Positions 17,536 through 19,817 of a DNA stretch of 19,817 bases are shown piece after piece. The notes under the pieces were generated by a model. It ran no database searches, had not been told where the DNA came from, and was given only the letters and a program-made list of their open reading frames with translations. The translations under genes and the position numbers were made by a program. The number at the start of each line of letters is the position of its first letter. Within the stretch, counting starts at the first letter, position 1. The stretch is from positions 1 to 19,817 of the forward strand of contig NW_003314509.1 of assembly GCF_000143415.4 (NCBI RefSeq), given 5' to 3'. Source of the DNA: Selaginella moellendorffii. Lineage: Eukaryota > Plantae > Lycopodiophyta.

Positions 17536-19817
17536 ATCCGATGAACTCTTTGTCATTTCGATCATGCTTTTGGGGATCCTTTAGCCTACGACACCTCAGG
17601 GAGTTGGTTCCTTACAGTAACTCACTTTATAATAAGCATAAGAATCATCATCAATGATCAATATAAAGGATTCAACATATCACTAACTCTTCCTCTTGTA
17701 AAGTTAGTATAGTCCACGACTGAATCACTTTTCAAGGAAAAGCTAAATCTGTTGACCCCTACTAAAAAATCTCGTTTAGAACACAACTAACTTAACTTGC
17801 AACTCAGTTTATTTGAACGTCAACATAATTACTAACTAGTAAATACATGAATGCCACTAACATAAAGCTATAGCCCAAACATCAACACTATTTACATCAA
17901 AACTAATGAAATTCAATATCAATCTTATGGAGAGATATTTCATTTCAATCAAATCTCAACAACAAGGCATCACTTCAATGCCATCAATACCATAATAAAG
18001 CAAAAAGAAAGCAAGAGCGAATCACCACTCAAAACTCTTTAGCAACCAAGCTAAACAAAGTCAAAGATACCTTAGTTAGTATCTGAGACCAATCCTTCAA
18101 CACTACTTAGTTACAAATAACACACTATCAAAGAGTGATTCACCACATCCAAGACTCCATGAAATCCAACACCATGGACTAAATGCAAACAAATAACATC
18201 GACAAAGGTAGAATTGATATACCAACATGGAAAAACTATATAAGTTTAACGACATGATCTTCTACAACACCATCTGGTAAAGCAAGCCTATCACTGCTAA
18301 ATCATCATCGAGCAAAGCAAGTGTTAAACAATCCTTAACAAAGTCTACAAGCAATGATTAGTTTCCAAACAACTAACAATCACTCTTCAACTTGCCTTCA
18401 CAAGACTTGAACACTAAACTCATGCCATCAAATCATATACTTGTCTAACATAAACGTAATACCTCAAGTACGAGATAAAGGTTTATAGACAAGCATAAAT
18501 TAAATGACTACTTGAATCCAACTCAACCGCAATAAGCTCATCAATATGTTTAGATAATAGCTCTGAGCATGCCTTAAAGAGGCTAGCTATGCATGATCAA
18601 CACTTAGTCGTAACTAAAGTGAAAATCATGAGATGAACTCATATCAGTACACAACCTCCTCATATACAAAGTTATAGTATGGGTACCAACATTTTAACCT
18701 CAGACAACTAAGTTGAACATCACCATCCTCAACCAAGGCACAAGGCCACCAAAACTAAGTTAAGATTAGTGAGAGCTCACTACTCTCATACAGTTTAACA
18801 AAATGCAAAGTGAACCTACCACCAAGCACAATGCTACAGAAAAAAGGCACAAGAGTCACATTTCTAGAAAATTGTAATGACTACTTTTTTACATCAACTC
18901 CAGACTCTATCCAACTCAATTGTTTTAGCCTCAAAAGTTAACATCCCTTTTGGGCCATATTATACAAACTACTTACTAATGTTTAAGCTAACCAAAATCA
19001 ACTTCAACCCCTTCACTAGTTTGGATTGGTTTACGAAAATAGATTAATTTTTTAGCAAAGTGATCAATAGATCAACCATTGAAAAAGCCTAAAAAAATTT
19101 GTAAAAAATTTTCCATCCTAGAGAAAGAATAACTCTCAGTCTAGGAATGCAAACTTTCAAGACTCAACCAACTTCCTCCTACTAACAACTTCACATATGT
19201 TCACCTCAACACTAATTCTCATAACTCAACAGTATATTTAAGCATCAAACATCATGCCCATATTTCGACATCCAACATAGACATCTGCAAAAATGCATAA
19301 TGAACATTTAAGGCTTGATCATGAAGACCATATCTTCAGATATCCATATTGCACTAACACTATTCTTCAATTACCTTCAATATTTAATATGAAGCCAAAA
19401 CACTAACAAGAAAAATGACATGGAAAATCAAGTTCTAAAGAAAATTCCTCATCACTTGAAACAACAATGCTACTTCCTTAACGCAAGTGCTAACAATGTC
19501 AATGCTTCAACTACACACCTTCTCCATCCATAACATAACACACCTTAGCATAATGGATCATCATCTAGAATCTAGTCAAAGCTATTATATATAAGTAGAC
19601 TAGTTTTTCCATCAACCACTTTGGGGTTTATCATCATTTACAACTTCATAAACACATTGCACACTATCACATGGATATGATATAAATTCACAATAACTTA
19701 ATCATTAATTGAGCAACACCACAAGCAATACCCATGTCACTACTACAAAGTTTATGTGAGTATCAAGTATTAACTCAATTCGACAAAATGCAACATAAAT
19801 GCCACACCCCACCGATA

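Noticed and set aside
17232-17544. CRISPR-like array or Ser/Asp-rich protein ORFs
   Set aside because: Contiguous degenerate hexamers with no unique spacers, in a eukaryotic context. The ORFs are by-products of the repeat.
19535-19570. TP*HNG resembling the copia integrase TPQ(Q/H)NG motif
   Set aside because: Flanking residues do not continue the motif and no other copia domains were found.

Overview
Gapped (four N-runs), AT-rich eukaryotic scaffold, most likely a heavily methylated land-plant genome and probably a non-seed plant (inferred from a plant-type tRNA-Ala primer site, a plant methyltransferase exon, an intron-bearing acetate kinase and a chromovirus with a canonical chromodomain). 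No intact gene is present. The window holds decayed LTR retrotransposons and pseudogene fragments: (i) a minus-strand Ty3/gypsy element with 169-bp LTRs and a tRNA-Ala PBS (5761-10620), plus an older inverted fragment of the same family (3133-3905); (ii) an LTR insertion with a perfect GTGAG target duplication inside a methyltransferase pseudo-exon (4648-5207); (iii) an acetate kinase pseudogene with a 100-nt intron; (iv) a minus-strand chromovirus (12271-~17155) lacking RT/RNase H. The most striking observation is that the chromovirus integrase is interrupted by two short GT-AG inserts (47 and 52 nt). Removing them restores the conserved HPQxDGQTER and KLxxRFxGPY motifs with no residue gained or lost, suggesting an LTR retrotransposon with spliceosomal introns in pol. 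A dense hairpin array follows in its 3' UTR. All calls are from manual reading; no database searches were run.
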